Notes: a model not told the origin generated them from the sequence alone. 64,000 nt of DNA from Pirellulales bacterium (GCA_022844125.1 JALHMI010000002.1:109461-173460), one strand, 5' to 3'; counted from the stretch's first letter, positions 9,021-18,901 are shown. Numbers and translations are program-made.

Positions 9021-11363
9021 TCATCCGGTTGGGAGTGTTCCGCGCATCTGCATCGGTTCGAGCACAATCCACACGCCGAGCACAAACAGCACGAAGATGA
9101 GCATGGCCCAGGGGGTCAGCGCCCGCAGCGGTCGACCGACCCAGGCGTCTTGTGAGGCGATTCGATAGCCCACTGCCAGAGAGGCGAGCAACCCAAGATC
9201 AAGCGCGATGAGCTCAAACTTGATGATCCAATCGGCGACACCTAGACAGCAGGCGTGCTGCCAGTCAGGATCCCCCAGTGCCGCGATGCCGACCAGATCG
9301 CCAATCGCACGCTGCGTGACCGGCAGGATCGTGGCGTAGCTCGTGAGGAAATGAAATCCATGATGGGCCAGCCACATCGCAAAGCCGAGCGGAACGAACG
9401 CATATGCGAAACGGATCACAAGTGCCCCGCAGGACCGCCGTGCCCTGCCCCAACGGCGCGAGATCGCAGCCGCTGAAGCAAGAATCGCTAGCGGACCGAC
9501 GACGAGCGTAAACGAGTAGTAGAACGCGACGACCGCGAACTGAGACATACCCCACCACTCGGCCAGCCGATCTTGGTATTCGACAACGGGTGCGATCATT
9601 CCCGCTGCATTGGCAAATGCGCCAAAGACGAGCAGCCAGATCAAGGCTGCAACATCCGCCCTGTGGCCGAGGCGGCCGATGCCCGAGCGAAACACATCGA
9701 GATGGATCAGCGTGTTACCCGGCGTAACAGCTAGGACGCCAATGTTCTCATGGGGACAAGCTTGCACGCAATCGAGGCAGAACGTGCAGTCAAGATTTCC
9801 AACCTTGCGTGGCTGAAACAGATGCGTCCCGCAGCCCGAGGCTGTTTCTCTGCCGCGAATGCAGTCTTTGGTCCGGCAGGTGGTGCAAGCCTGGGGTTCA
9901 CGAACGCGGACTTCCAGCGGCGAGACGAGCGACTGTACGAAGTTGAATTGACCAATCGGGCAGACATACTTACAAAATGCCGCGTCACGAAACAGCCCAT
10001 CGATCACGAATGCGGCTACGAAGTAAGCCACGGCGATCCAGGCGGTGAGCCAGGGGCTATTCCACAGGGCGAACGCCTCGTAGCTCCACAGAAACGCCGC
10101 GACGAGTGCGACAGCCAGCCACTTGCTGCGCAGAGTTCGCGGCCATGCTCGGCCTCGCGGCAGCCAGTATCCGGCAAATCGCCGCGGTAGCGTGAATGGG
10201 CAAGCCATGCAGAAGAAGTTTCCCCCGACCAGCAGCCCAAACATCACCAGACCGCGCCAATGAATCCAGGGGGCAACGCCAGCCAGATTTGCCGGTCCAA
10301 CTTCGGGGCCGGTAAAGCCGTCCAGCAACACGACAACTGCCGCGATCAGCATGACGGTTTGCAGCACCGGCCGCCCAAAGCGCCAGCGGAGAAATCGCCC
10401 GACAAGCGGAGCTTTCAACAGGTCCCACTGCGGCCTGGGCTTGGCTACCGCGGCAACATGACAATTTGCCGAAGTCAGATGAACGATCGGCAGGGATGAC
10501 AGCGGACGCACACGCTTGGGGTGCCTTGTCCGTCGCTCCGTAGCGGATGAACGCCCGCTGAGCATCCGAACTCCGATCACGAACACCGGCAGCAGAAAAG
10601 CCACCGAGCCGGGCACCCACATCAGCACGCCCGCAAGCTGCTGGTCGGCGAGCGGCGACCAGGAGACGATACTTGGAAGTTCCGTGTAGTGCCGATAGAT
10701 CGGCTCCGACGCGAATGCCAACCAGGCCGAGAGCACTGTGTTCTGTACGTCGGCAAACACGAGGTATGGCAGAACCAGCCACCGCGACCACGGCGGCCGG
10801 CTTGGGTAAGGTTGAATAACGGGGAACCAGAATAGCAGCGACGCAGCAAGAAACGTGGCGTGCTCAGCGATGTGCCAGGTCGGATCGCGAAGCGCGAGTT
10901 CGTAGCTCAGTGGGGCGTGCCAGATCCAGACGGCCGCAGCAAAGATCGGCCAGGCAATAAGCGGATGCGTCAGTAGGGCGAATGCGTCACGCGCGAGCGG
11001 CGCTCGGAGGATTGGAAGCGCCACCGTAGAACGGACCGCACGCGGCAGGCCGCGTAGTACCGGCAGCAGCGGATCACCGACCCACAGGAGCGCGGGCGCC
11101 ACCATCATGAGCAGCATGTGCTGCACCATGTGGACGCTGAGCAGCAGATCGGCAAACACCTCGATTGGCGAAGCCAGGGCCAGAAAGACTGCCGCTATTC
11201 CACCCAGGAAAGCTGCGAGCCTAAGGCCACTCCAGCGAAGCGGATCATGCCGCCGCAACTTGAACCAGCCATGCAAGTAGACGGCTGCCGCGATGGTGAG
11301 CGAAACGCACAGCCAGGGGCTGATGGGCCACGAACGCAGAAAGGCGTCGAACGTGGGATTCAT
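9021..11363 (-). CDS. CtaG-like caa3 oxidase assembly factor fused to a FixG/NapH-like 4Fe-4S membrane domain
   Basis: CtaG motifs HMVQHMLL, WHAP, HIAEH, DQQLAGVLMW, followed by CMACP, CKYVCP, CTTCRTKDC, CTFCLDCVQACP. The start at 11363 (MNPTF) overlaps the cytochrome b stop. Confidence 0.85.
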   Translation of the reverse strand: MNPTFDAFLRSWPISPWLCVSLTIAAAVYLHGWFKLRRHDPLRWSGLRLAAFLGGIAAVFLALASPIEVFADLLLSVHMVQHMLLMMVAPALLWVGDPLLPVLRGLPRAVRSTVALPILRAPLARDAFALLTHPLIAWPIFAAAVWIWHAPLSYELALRDPTWHIAEHATFLAASLLFWFPVIQPYPSRPPWSRWLVLPYLVFADVQNTVLSAWLAFASEPIYRHYTELPSIVSWSPLADQQLAGVLMWVPGSVAFLLPVFVIGVRMLSGRSSATERRTRHPKRVRPLSSLPIVHLTSANCHVAAVAKPRPQWDLLKAPLVGRFLRWRFGRPVLQTVMLIAAVVVLLDGFTGPEVGPANLAGVAPWIHWRGLVMFGLLVGGNFFCMACPFTLPRRFAGYWLPRGRAWPRTLRSKWLAVALVAAFLWSYEAFALWNSPWLTAWIAVAYFVAAFVIDGLFRDAAFCKYVCPIGQFNFVQSLVSPLEVRVREPQACTTCRTKDCIRGRETASGCGTHLFQPRKVGNLDCTFCLDCVQACPHENIGVLAVTPGNTLIHLDVFRSGIGRLGHRADVAALIWLLVFGAFANAAGMIAPVVEYQDRLAEWWGMSQFAVVAFYYSFTLVVGPLAILASAAAISRRWGRARRSCGALVIRFAYAFVPLGFAMWLAHHGFHFLTSYATILPVTQRAIGDLVGIAALGDPDWQHACCLGVADWIIKFELIALDLGLLASLAVGYRIASQDAWVGRPLRALTPWAMLIFVLFVLGVWIVLEPMQMRGTLPTG

Positions 11364-12889
11364 GACGCATCGGGCGGAGGCAATTGCTTCGCGTAAGTGG
11401 GCTCGGCAGCCTGCTGAGCACCAAGCGACGGACCAGGAGTTGCCCAACCCGCGGCCGGCTGCCCCTCGGGTCGCAAGCTAACGAGAAAATCTACGAGCAT
11501 CGACAACTCAGCCGGCGAAATCTGCTTGCCGTAGGCAGGCATCAAACCGCCGCCGGGAGTGCCGTTTGAGACCTGCATGATGAGTTGATCGCGTGTGAGC
11601 CGAGTTCCCACACTAGTGAGGTCGGGACCTCGTCGGCCGCCGACCCCATCCAAGGCGTGGCAATTGCGACAATTCTTGTATTGAAAAACCGATCCACCTA
11701 CGAGCTGGGGGACGGTGGATCGCTTGACGATTTCGACCGGCACCGGATCAGCCGTCCAAGCTTCCATCCTGGGGGACCAGGGGGCGGTAAAGCCGAGATA
11801 GGTGAGCACACCGAGCGTGGTGTAAATCAAGATCACCGAAAGCACGGCGACGGGTCGCCGGCTGGGAGCACGTTCGCCCCGATTGCTGATGAAAGGCACG
11901 GCGAACATCACGCCGATCACGAGCAGCGGAAACACCAGGATGATGAACGTTTCCGCTTCGCGCGGACTCAGTGACAAGAGCGCGAACAACCACAGAAACG
12001 GCCACTCGGGGCGTGGATTCGCCCCGCCCAGCGTCGGGTCGGGCGGATCGGTCGGACCCTTTGGTCCCAGCACCGCCGCGATCACCACAACCACAATTAC
12101 TGCAAGCGCCGAAACAAGTGCGTCGCGCCAAAAGGCGTCGCCAAAGAACGGCACGCCGCGCTTGAGCGACTCGGCATAGTCGCGGTCGTATGTTGCCCGA
12201 TCGACAATTTGCCCTGGCACCGGCGGAGCGCTGACGCCGCAACGGAGCACCAGCCACAAGTGGATCGCCAGAAAGAACAGCAGCGCCCCGGGAATTACGA
12301 AAACATGCAGGGCAAAGAAACGCGAGAGTGCGGCAGCGCCAATCGTTTCGGCGCCAAGCAGCACATGCACCACATCTGGCCCAATGATCGGCACGCGGCC
12401 CGCCATCGAGCCCGCCACCGCGAGTCCCCAGTACGCATCGGGATCCCAGCGCAGAATCTGCCCACTGAAAAACATACCGAGCACGCACAGCAGCAACACC
12501 ACGCCGACGCACCAAGTCAGCTCGCGCGGATACTTATGCCCACCTTGCAGGAACACCTGCGTCATGTGCACCAGCACCATCACGACCATCCCTGAGCCAG
12601 CGTAGTAATGTAATGCTCGCAAAAACCAGCCGAGCGGATGCTCGTAGTCAAGATACAGCAGGCTTTCGTAGGCCTGATCGGCGCTGGGGACGTAGACCAA
12701 CGCCAGTCCAACGCCGCTCAGAATCTGGAGCAGCAAAAACGTGAGCGATGCGCTGCCGAATACGTACCACCAACCCATCGGACTTTCCAGCTCGCGCGGA
12801 ATTGGGTGTAAAACCGTGTGCGCAAGCAGATCTCGCACGCCGAGTCGGCGGTCGATCCAGGTTCCAATTTGCCTGAGGCGCGCATTCAT
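11360..12889 (-). CDS. qcrB: Cytochrome b of a Rieske/cyt b complex with C-terminal cytochrome c domain
   Basis: WYVFGS; heme ligands RALHYY..VHM and FALHVF..IHL; Qo loop PEWP; C-terminal CRNCH...MPAY. Start set at MNARL (12889). Confidence 0.93.
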   Translation of the reverse strand: MNARLRQIGTWIDRRLGVRDLLAHTVLHPIPRELESPMGWWYVFGSASLTFLLLQILSGVGLALVYVPSADQAYESLLYLDYEHPLGWFLRALHYYAGSGMVVMVLVHMTQVFLQGGHKYPRELTWCVGVVLLLCVLGMFFSGQILRWDPDAYWGLAVAGSMAGRVPIIGPDVVHVLLGAETIGAAALSRFFALHVFVIPGALLFFLAIHLWLVLRCGVSAPPVPGQIVDRATYDRDYAESLKRGVPFFGDAFWRDALVSALAVIVVVVIAAVLGPKGPTDPPDPTLGGANPRPEWPFLWLFALLSLSPREAETFIILVFPLLVIGVMFAVPFISNRGERAPSRRPVAVLSVILIYTTLGVLTYLGFTAPWSPRMEAWTADPVPVEIVKRSTVPQLVGGSVFQYKNCRNCHALDGVGGRRGPDLTSVGTRLTRDQLIMQVSNGTPGGGLMPAYGKQISPAELSMLVDFLVSLRPEGQPAAGWATPGPSLGAQQAAEPTYAKQLPPPDAS

Positions 12890-12906
12890 TGTCGTCAATG
12901 GATTGA

Positions 12907-13461
12907 TCAGGTCGGCTGGCGAAGCGTGTCTTGTAAGGTCGGGTAGTGAGGAGCCTGGATCTCGAGTTCGCCCGAGCGAATTCGCCACATGACGTGGAAC
13001 ATACCGCGCGGCGGTGGACCTGAAGCATGTGACCCGTCGGCGTAGTACACACCGCCGTGGCAGGGGCAAAGAAAGAGTTCAGACTGCGGAAACCACGAGA
13101 CCGGACAGCCAAGATGGGCGCAATTGACGCTCAGCACCAGGAACTGCGGATCGCCTTTTTCAACCACCCCCAGCTGTCGCACATAAACGCCGGTTTGCGA
13201 GGTAATCCCGTCCCACGGCAGGCGGAGCGGATTGTCGAACGTCACGAGGCGCGTTTCGTTTAAGGCGAAGCCCGTGGTCGGACCAAGATTGACCCAGGGG
13301 ACTTTCACCCGCCGCTGGCCGACTAGAAACCGCACTCCCGGCACGGCGACGAGCGCGCTCGCAACCAGCCCAGTCACGACCGCGATCCAACCCAGAAAGC
13401 TTCGTCTGGCGGGGTTATCGTTCGGCGGAGCTTGGGATACGTGGTTCATCGCGGTGGTCAT
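12907..13461 (-). CDS. qcrA: Rieske [2Fe-2S] subunit
   Basis: Twin-arginine RRSFL + TM helix; CAHLGC and CPCHGGVY. Start 13461 overlaps the upstream stop. Confidence 0.93.
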   Translation of the reverse strand: MTTAMNHVSQAPPNDNPARRSFLGWIAVVTGLVASALVAVPGVRFLVGQRRVKVPWVNLGPTTGFALNETRLVTFDNPLRLPWDGITSQTGVYVRQLGVVEKGDPQFLVLSVNCAHLGCPVSWFPQSELFLCPCHGGVYYADGSHASGPPPRGMFHVMWRIRSGELEIQAPHYPTLQDTLRQPT

Positions 13462-14225
13462 TCGCCGGGTCCCATGTTCGACGCAACTTGCTGCGGCCGG
13501 CCGCGCCAATGGGCCAAGAGTGCAACCAGGTCGTCAATCTCCTCGGATGTGAGCGGTTTGAAGTCGCTGTCGCGGCCATCGGTCTCGGCAAAATTCGGCA
13601 TGCCGAGGTCCGGTCGGCCTGTGATGATGATCCGCCGCAATGCCTGATTGCTGAACAAGGACAGCAGTGCGGGATCATTGACGCGGCCGGGAGCTGTATC
13701 TTCGTCGCCGCTCCCCTGCCCCGAGTCGCCGTGACAGGCAGCGCAAGCGCTGGCAAAGAGTTTCTCGCCCCGAGCAATCTGTTCGGCCGAAGGCTGTGTG
13801 GAGAGCTCACCTGTGTACGGCGGAGCATCGCCCCCAGCCAAGGTCGGCTTGAAATGAGTTTTCAGACCTTCAGCAAGGATCTGGATCTGCTCAGCGGTCA
13901 GCGTTCCCGACAGTCGCCTATCAAATGCGGGCATCGGCGTCCCCCGCCGGCCGCGGGTGATCACATCGAGCAGCACCTCATCAGGCACAATCGCCAGGAA
14001 CAACGGATCGTTAAGCGGCGGAGCCGGGCCAAGCTTGCCATCAGCACCGTGGCAGCCGCTGCAACTGCGGGCAAACAGTACCTGAAAATCCGTTTGCTCG
14101 CTGGGCAACTTGGGACGGCTTGCGGGATTGGGCTTTCCCGGCATTTGGTCGAGGCAGCCGCCGGTCGTCAACAGGAAAAGCAGGCCGGCAACTCGCCATG
14201 ATTCTAATAGCCTGGCGGAGGTCAT
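13458..14225 (-). CDS. Diheme cytochrome c, probable lipoprotein
   Basis: Lipobox-like TGGC; CSGCH...MPAF and CAACH...MPNF. Confidence 0.9.
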   Translation of the reverse strand: MTSARLLESWRVAGLLFLLTTGGCLDQMPGKPNPASRPKLPSEQTDFQVLFARSCSGCHGADGKLGPAPPLNDPLFLAIVPDEVLLDVITRGRRGTPMPAFDRRLSGTLTAEQIQILAEGLKTHFKPTLAGGDAPPYTGELSTQPSAEQIARGEKLFASACAACHGDSGQGSGDEDTAPGRVNDPALLSLFSNQALRRIIITGRPDLGMPNFAETDGRDSDFKPLTSEEIDDLVALLAHWRGRPQQVASNMGPGE

Positions 14226-15493
14226 GATCTCACTCCTCGGCCAGCGGGAGCGATGGCAATTTCCTCAGAACGCACGACCACTATGGCCGCGGCGATGCCG
14301 AACACGAACTGCGAAACCACGAACCAAGGCCAATCGACTCGCTGCTGCAGAGCCGGATTGACGATGCCCATCATGCTGTAGCTTGCCGCCGTCCACAGCA
14401 GCGGCATCAACATCGCGCCCCAGGCAAACGGGCCGGGAATTCGTCCGAGCCGCGGAAGCAACAGTCCGGCCAGGGCCCCGAACGACAATGAAACGACGGC
14501 ATGCAAGGCGCATGCGGCAGCGAACCAACGGGCGTCGAACTGCTCGAGTTCCGCGATCGAGTAACTTTGCTCGTGCGGCAGAATCATCACGGCCAGGAGA
14601 TTGACCGGATACCAGATCCCATGTCCCGAGGCAAAGCCCCAGAGCATGGCGGGGGCGGCCATCAGGAGGCCGCCCATCGCCCCACCGAACAATCCGGCCA
14701 GAATGCTGCGCCCGGGGCCGGCGGCCATGACTACGGTAGCGGTCGTGATCCCAAACACGAACTGCGAGAGCACAAAATATGGCCAATCGATCAGACTCTG
14801 GACTTCAGGATCGACGATGCTGGTCGCGATGAAACTGGCCGCAGTCCAAGTAAGCGGCGCAAAAAGCGCCGCCCAAGCGAGCGCCCGCGGAATGTGCGGA
14901 AGCGTGGGCAGCAGCACTCCGTAGATGGTGCCGAACATTAATGACACGGCAACGTGAATCATGATACCTGCGGTAAAAAGCACCGGCTGAAAGGCGCGCA
15001 GTTCGGCGTCGCTAAGCTGTTCGACGCCGGGGAGCACGATGCCGGCGAGGAGATTGATCGGCAGCCAGATGCCTTCGCCGCTGAAGAGCCCGTAGAGAAG
15101 TGCCGGAATTGGCATCACCAAGCCGCCAACAATCCCGCCCTTGAGTCCTGCCGAGATGGGCTGCACTTTTTCCGGCAGTCGAAAGCGGTAGCCGGGCATG
15201 CCAGGACGGAGTTGCCCAACGCGCCCAGGCGCGGCAACCACGGGCTTGGGCCGGACATCTTCCGCGGCGAGAGGTTCAATCACGTGCCCTCGGCCGGGCA
15301 GCAGTTGTGCGATCCAATTGGCGAGCCCCGCGATGAAGATCACGAACCCCGCCAGGACGAATGCGAGATGCGTGGCCCAGCCGAAGGCGAGCACGGTGAT
15401 TCCCAACGCGAGCACGAGCGGCGCGGCGGTAGGAGCGGGAAGTTCCACGCCCTCTGCATGCGCATCGTGTTTGCTGGAGAGTTGCTCGGCCAT
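14222..15493 (-). CDS. Polytopic membrane protein with an internal ~145-aa tandem duplication
   Basis: Repeats GIWLPINLLA/GIWYPVNLLA, WTAASF/WTAASY, DWPYFVLSQFVFG/DWPWFVVSQFVFG; lies in the middle of the oxidase operon. Confidence 0.85.
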   Translation of the reverse strand: MAEQLSSKHDAHAEGVELPAPTAAPLVLALGITVLAFGWATHLAFVLAGFVIFIAGLANWIAQLLPGRGHVIEPLAAEDVRPKPVVAAPGRVGQLRPGMPGYRFRLPEKVQPISAGLKGGIVGGLVMPIPALLYGLFSGEGIWLPINLLAGIVLPGVEQLSDAELRAFQPVLFTAGIMIHVAVSLMFGTIYGVLLPTLPHIPRALAWAALFAPLTWTAASFIATSIVDPEVQSLIDWPYFVLSQFVFGITTATVVMAAGPGRSILAGLFGGAMGGLLMAAPAMLWGFASGHGIWYPVNLLAVMILPHEQSYSIAELEQFDARWFAAACALHAVVSLSFGALAGLLLPRLGRIPGPFAWGAMLMPLLWTAASYSMMGIVNPALQQRVDWPWFVVSQFVFGIAAAIVVVRSEEIAIAPAGRGVRS

Positions 15494-15516
15494 CGTTGGC
15501 TATACCAAATTGTTCA

Positions 15517-16146
15517 TTATGCCAGGTAAATCACTGTGAAAACCACGATCCACACCACGTCGACAAAATGCCAGTACCAGGAGACCATGCGAGCGCCAGT
15601 CGACTCTGCCTGTCCAAGGGCCTTGGCCAACGACAACCCGAGGATGATGAGCATCGCCACCACGCCGCCCGAAACGTGCAGAGCATGAAAACCGACGAGC
15701 GTATAGAACGTCGAACCGAACAGATTGCGGCTAATTGTCAAACCGTCGTGAACGACCAGGCCGTACCATTCGTAGGCCGTGCCGGCCAGAAACGCGATTC
15801 CCAGCGTGATGGTGACAGCCCACCAAAGTTTAAAGATCGCGTTCCGGCCGTGCCCCAAGGCATGGGTCGCCAGGTGCACGGTGAAACTGCTCGCCAATAG
15901 AAGCGACGTGGTGGCGACTGCGAGCGGCAGCGAAAGCACCTCGGATGTCGGCCCGGAGAGATTGTCGTTGTGCAACGTCACATAAGCCACGACCAACGTG
16001 CTGAAGAATGCAACTTCAGAGAACAGAAAGCTGAGCATGCCCCATTCGTGCCCGTTCAACGTATGCTCAGGCGCAATGTCGGGGGGAACCGGCAAGGTCG
16101 TCGCCGGTCCGCCCGAAGTCTGGTAGTAGTCGTTCTGCTGATTCAC
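15517..16146 (-). CDS. ctaE: Cytochrome c oxidase subunit III (short, 5-TM type)
   Basis: GMLSFLFSEVAFF, FYTLVGFHALHV, WYWHFVDVVW. GTG start at 16146 inferred. Confidence 0.93.
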   Translation of the reverse strand: MNQQNDYYQTSGGPATTLPVPPDIAPEHTLNGHEWGMLSFLFSEVAFFSTLVVAYVTLHNDNLSGPTSEVLSLPLAVATTSLLLASSFTVHLATHALGHGRNAIFKLWWAVTITLGIAFLAGTAYEWYGLVVHDGLTISRNLFGSTFYTLVGFHALHVSGGVVAMLIILGLSLAKALGQAESTGARMVSWYWHFVDVVWIVVFTVIYLA

Positions 16147-16166
16147 GATTTGCTGTGGTTCTCGCG

Positions 16167-17831
16167 CTACTCGTACTGCCAGTCGGGATCGTCGGGATGC
16201 TTGGTATCCCAAAGCGGCCGGCGGCTATGAACTGTTGGAATCGTTCCGAAATTGTAAGTGGGGGGCGGCGAACTGGTGGTCCATTCGAGCGTCCAGGCGT
16301 CCCAGGGATCGTCGCCTGCGATCTTGCCGTGTCGGTATGAGGAAACGAGGTTGTAGACGAAGATCAGGTAGCTGGGCGCCTGGATCAACGCGCCGATCGT
16401 CGCCAGTTGATTCCAAATCTCCCAGGCGCGATCCGGCTCGTAGCTGAAGATCCGCCGCGGCATGCCGAGCATTCCGGCCACGTGCATCGGCGCGAAGGTT
16501 ACAAAAAATCCGATGTACAGCAGCCAGAACTGCCAATGGGCGAGCCGCTCGCTGAGCATGCGGCCGGTCACCTTGGGATACCAGTAGTGAATGCCGGCAA
16601 ACGTGCCGAATAGCGTGCCGCCGATGAGCACCCAATGGAAGTGCCCGACGACGAAGTAGCTGTCCGTGAGCTGAAAATCGAACGGCGCGAGCGCCAGCAT
16701 GATGCCCGTCAATCCGCCGATGAGAAACATCGACAGGAATCCGAAGCAAAAGAGCATGGGTGAGGCGAACCAGATCCTGCCGCCGAACATCGTGGCCAAC
16801 CAGTTAAAAAACTTGATGCCGGTTGGAATCGAAACCAGCAGACTGGCGACGATGAAGAACAGGTCAACTTGCCGACTCAGACCGACGGCGAACATGTGAT
16901 GCGCCCAGACGCCAAGGCTGATGAAGGCGATGGCCATTGTGGCGGCGGCCATGAACTCGTAGCCAAACAGGACCTTGCGTGAAAAGACGGGAATAATCTC
17001 CGAGACCATGCCAAATACAGGCAGAATCAGGATATACACCTCGGGATGCCCAAAAAACCAGAACAGGTGCTGCCAGAGCAGTGCCGAGCCGCCATTTTGG
17101 ACATCAAAGAAGTGAGCTCCCAGCTCACGGTCGAAAAGCACCATGACGAGTGCGGCGGTCAGAGGCGGCACGGCAATCAGAATCTGCACGCTGGTCCAGA
17201 GCATCGTCCAGGTAAAGAAGGGAATCTTATTGAGCGTCATGCCAGGGGCGCGCATCGCCAGGATGGTGGCCACGAAGTTCATCGCGGCAGTGACCGTGCC
17301 AATGCCAGCGACAATCAGGCCCAGCGCCCAGAAGTCGACGGCGGCGCTGCGAGCAAACGTGGTTTCGGTGAGCGGCGCGTAGGCGAACCAGCCGATGGCC
17401 GGGGCGCCACCTGTCGCCAAACTGAAGTACGTCAGCAGTCCGCCGAACAGCGTAACCCAGAAGCCGAGCGCATTCAGCCGCGGAAAGGCCATGTCGCGAG
17501 CGCCGATCATCAGCGGCACGACGTAGTTGCCGATTCCAATCAGGATCGGCATGCCCACGAAGAAGACCATCGTGGTGCCGTGCATCGTAAAGAGCTGGTT
17601 GAAGACATCCGGCGAAATGACTTCGAGATCGGAGCTCCAGAGCTGAATCCGCATTGCCACGGCTTCGACGCCGCCGATTACCAGGAACACGACCGCCATG
17701 AGCACGTACATGATGCCCACTCGCTTGTGATCGACCGTGGTGGTCCACACGCGTAAGCGCGAAGCCAGATCGACACCGGCCGGGCTGGTCGGGGCGTCCG
17801 CATGAGCAGAAGGGTGATCGGCTAGGGACAT
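16167..17831 (-). CDS. ctaD: Cytochrome c oxidase subunit I (A1 type)
   Basis: DHKRVG, HGTTM, WFFGHPEVY, WAHHMF, VVGHFHW, GMPRR. Start at MSLAD (17831). Confidence 0.97.
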   Translation of the reverse strand: MSLADHPSAHADAPTSPAGVDLASRLRVWTTTVDHKRVGIMYVLMAVVFLVIGGVEAVAMRIQLWSSDLEVISPDVFNQLFTMHGTTMVFFVGMPILIGIGNYVVPLMIGARDMAFPRLNALGFWVTLFGGLLTYFSLATGGAPAIGWFAYAPLTETTFARSAAVDFWALGLIVAGIGTVTAAMNFVATILAMRAPGMTLNKIPFFTWTMLWTSVQILIAVPPLTAALVMVLFDRELGAHFFDVQNGGSALLWQHLFWFFGHPEVYILILPVFGMVSEIIPVFSRKVLFGYEFMAAATMAIAFISLGVWAHHMFAVGLSRQVDLFFIVASLLVSIPTGIKFFNWLATMFGGRIWFASPMLFCFGFLSMFLIGGLTGIMLALAPFDFQLTDSYFVVGHFHWVLIGGTLFGTFAGIHYWYPKVTGRMLSERLAHWQFWLLYIGFFVTFAPMHVAGMLGMPRRIFSYEPDRAWEIWNQLATIGALIQAPSYLIFVYNLVSSYRHGKIAGDDPWDAWTLEWTTSSPPPTYNFGTIPTVHSRRPLWDTKHPDDPDWQYE

Positions 17832-17857
17832 GGACTGACGAGTAAAAGGGAACAGCG

Positions 17858-18901
17858 TTACTTGAGGCTCAGCAAATACTGGACGATCAACTCTTCCTTC
17901 TCGGCCGACAATCCGAAGGCCGGCATCAGGCAGCCGGGCTTGATGTCGTGAGGGTTGTGGATCCAACGACGCAAGTTTGTTTCATCGAGCGGAATGATCC
18001 CCGAAGCCAACGTCTGGCGGCTCATCAAGTGCGTCAAATCGGGTGCGTAGTTGCCCCTGGCCGTTGTGCCGCGAATACGATGGCAGTTTACGCACGACTC
18101 CGAGAGAAATGCTTCTCGGCCTGCGGCTTGCTGCGGATCATCGACGGCGGGCAAGGCCTGTCCCGCGAGCCACTTGTCAAAGTCTTCCGGTGAATCCACC
18201 ACCACGCGAAGCAGCATGTGGGCGTGCTGCGTGCCGCAAAACTCGGCACATTGACCCAAAAAGAGCCCCGTGACGTCGGTTTTCAGCCAGAGTTGGTTTG
18301 TGCGGCCGGGAATCAGATCCACTTTGCCTTCGAGCCGGGGTATCCAGAAGCTATGCACTACGTCAGCCGATTCGAGCAGCAGTCGCGTGGGACGCGAGCG
18401 TTCGGGGCTGCTTGCAGGGATATGGAGTTCGTTGGCTGTAATGAACGCGAGCTTGCGCCCGTCGTACGATTGGTAGCGATATTCCCACCACCACTGGCGT
18501 CCGACAACGGTGACGGTAAGCGGCTCGATCACGTTGCGACTAGTGGCCGGCGCGGCGTTCACTTCCCACAACGTTCGTGCGGAGACGAGCACCAGAAAGA
18601 AAACGATCAGGGCCGGCGCGACCGTCCAGGCAATCTCGATGGGGTTGCTGCCGTAAACCTGTGGTGGTTCGGGTGGGGGCGTGTCACTGGAGCCGCCGCG
18701 GTGACGAAACCGCGCGATCGTGTAGAACAGGATTCCTTCAACAACCAGAAAAATGAGCGCGGCAACGGCTAGCACCAACAGCGCTAGCCGCACAATGGCC
18801 GCGCCTCCAGGCGAGGCGGGCTCGAAAATTGAAAGCTCGTGCCAGGGCTCTTCAGCCGCGGCCGCGAGCAGCGCATTTCCTGAGGCAAACACTCCTGACA
18901 T
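17858..18901 (-). CDS. ctaC: Cytochrome c oxidase subunit II with fused cytochrome c (caa3 type)
   Basis: QWWWEY, DVVHSFW, CuA motif CAEFCGTQHAHM, C-terminal CVNCH...MPAF. Confidence 0.96.
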   Translation of the reverse strand: MSGVFASGNALLAAAAEEPWHELSIFEPASPGGAAIVRLALLVLAVAALIFLVVEGILFYTIARFRHRGGSSDTPPPEPPQVYGSNPIEIAWTVAPALIVFFLVLVSARTLWEVNAAPATSRNVIEPLTVTVVGRQWWWEYRYQSYDGRKLAFITANELHIPASSPERSRPTRLLLESADVVHSFWIPRLEGKVDLIPGRTNQLWLKTDVTGLFLGQCAEFCGTQHAHMLLRVVVDSPEDFDKWLAGQALPAVDDPQQAAGREAFLSESCVNCHRIRGTTARGNYAPDLTHLMSRQTLASGIIPLDETNLRRWIHNPHDIKPGCLMPAFGLSAEKEELIVQYLLSLK

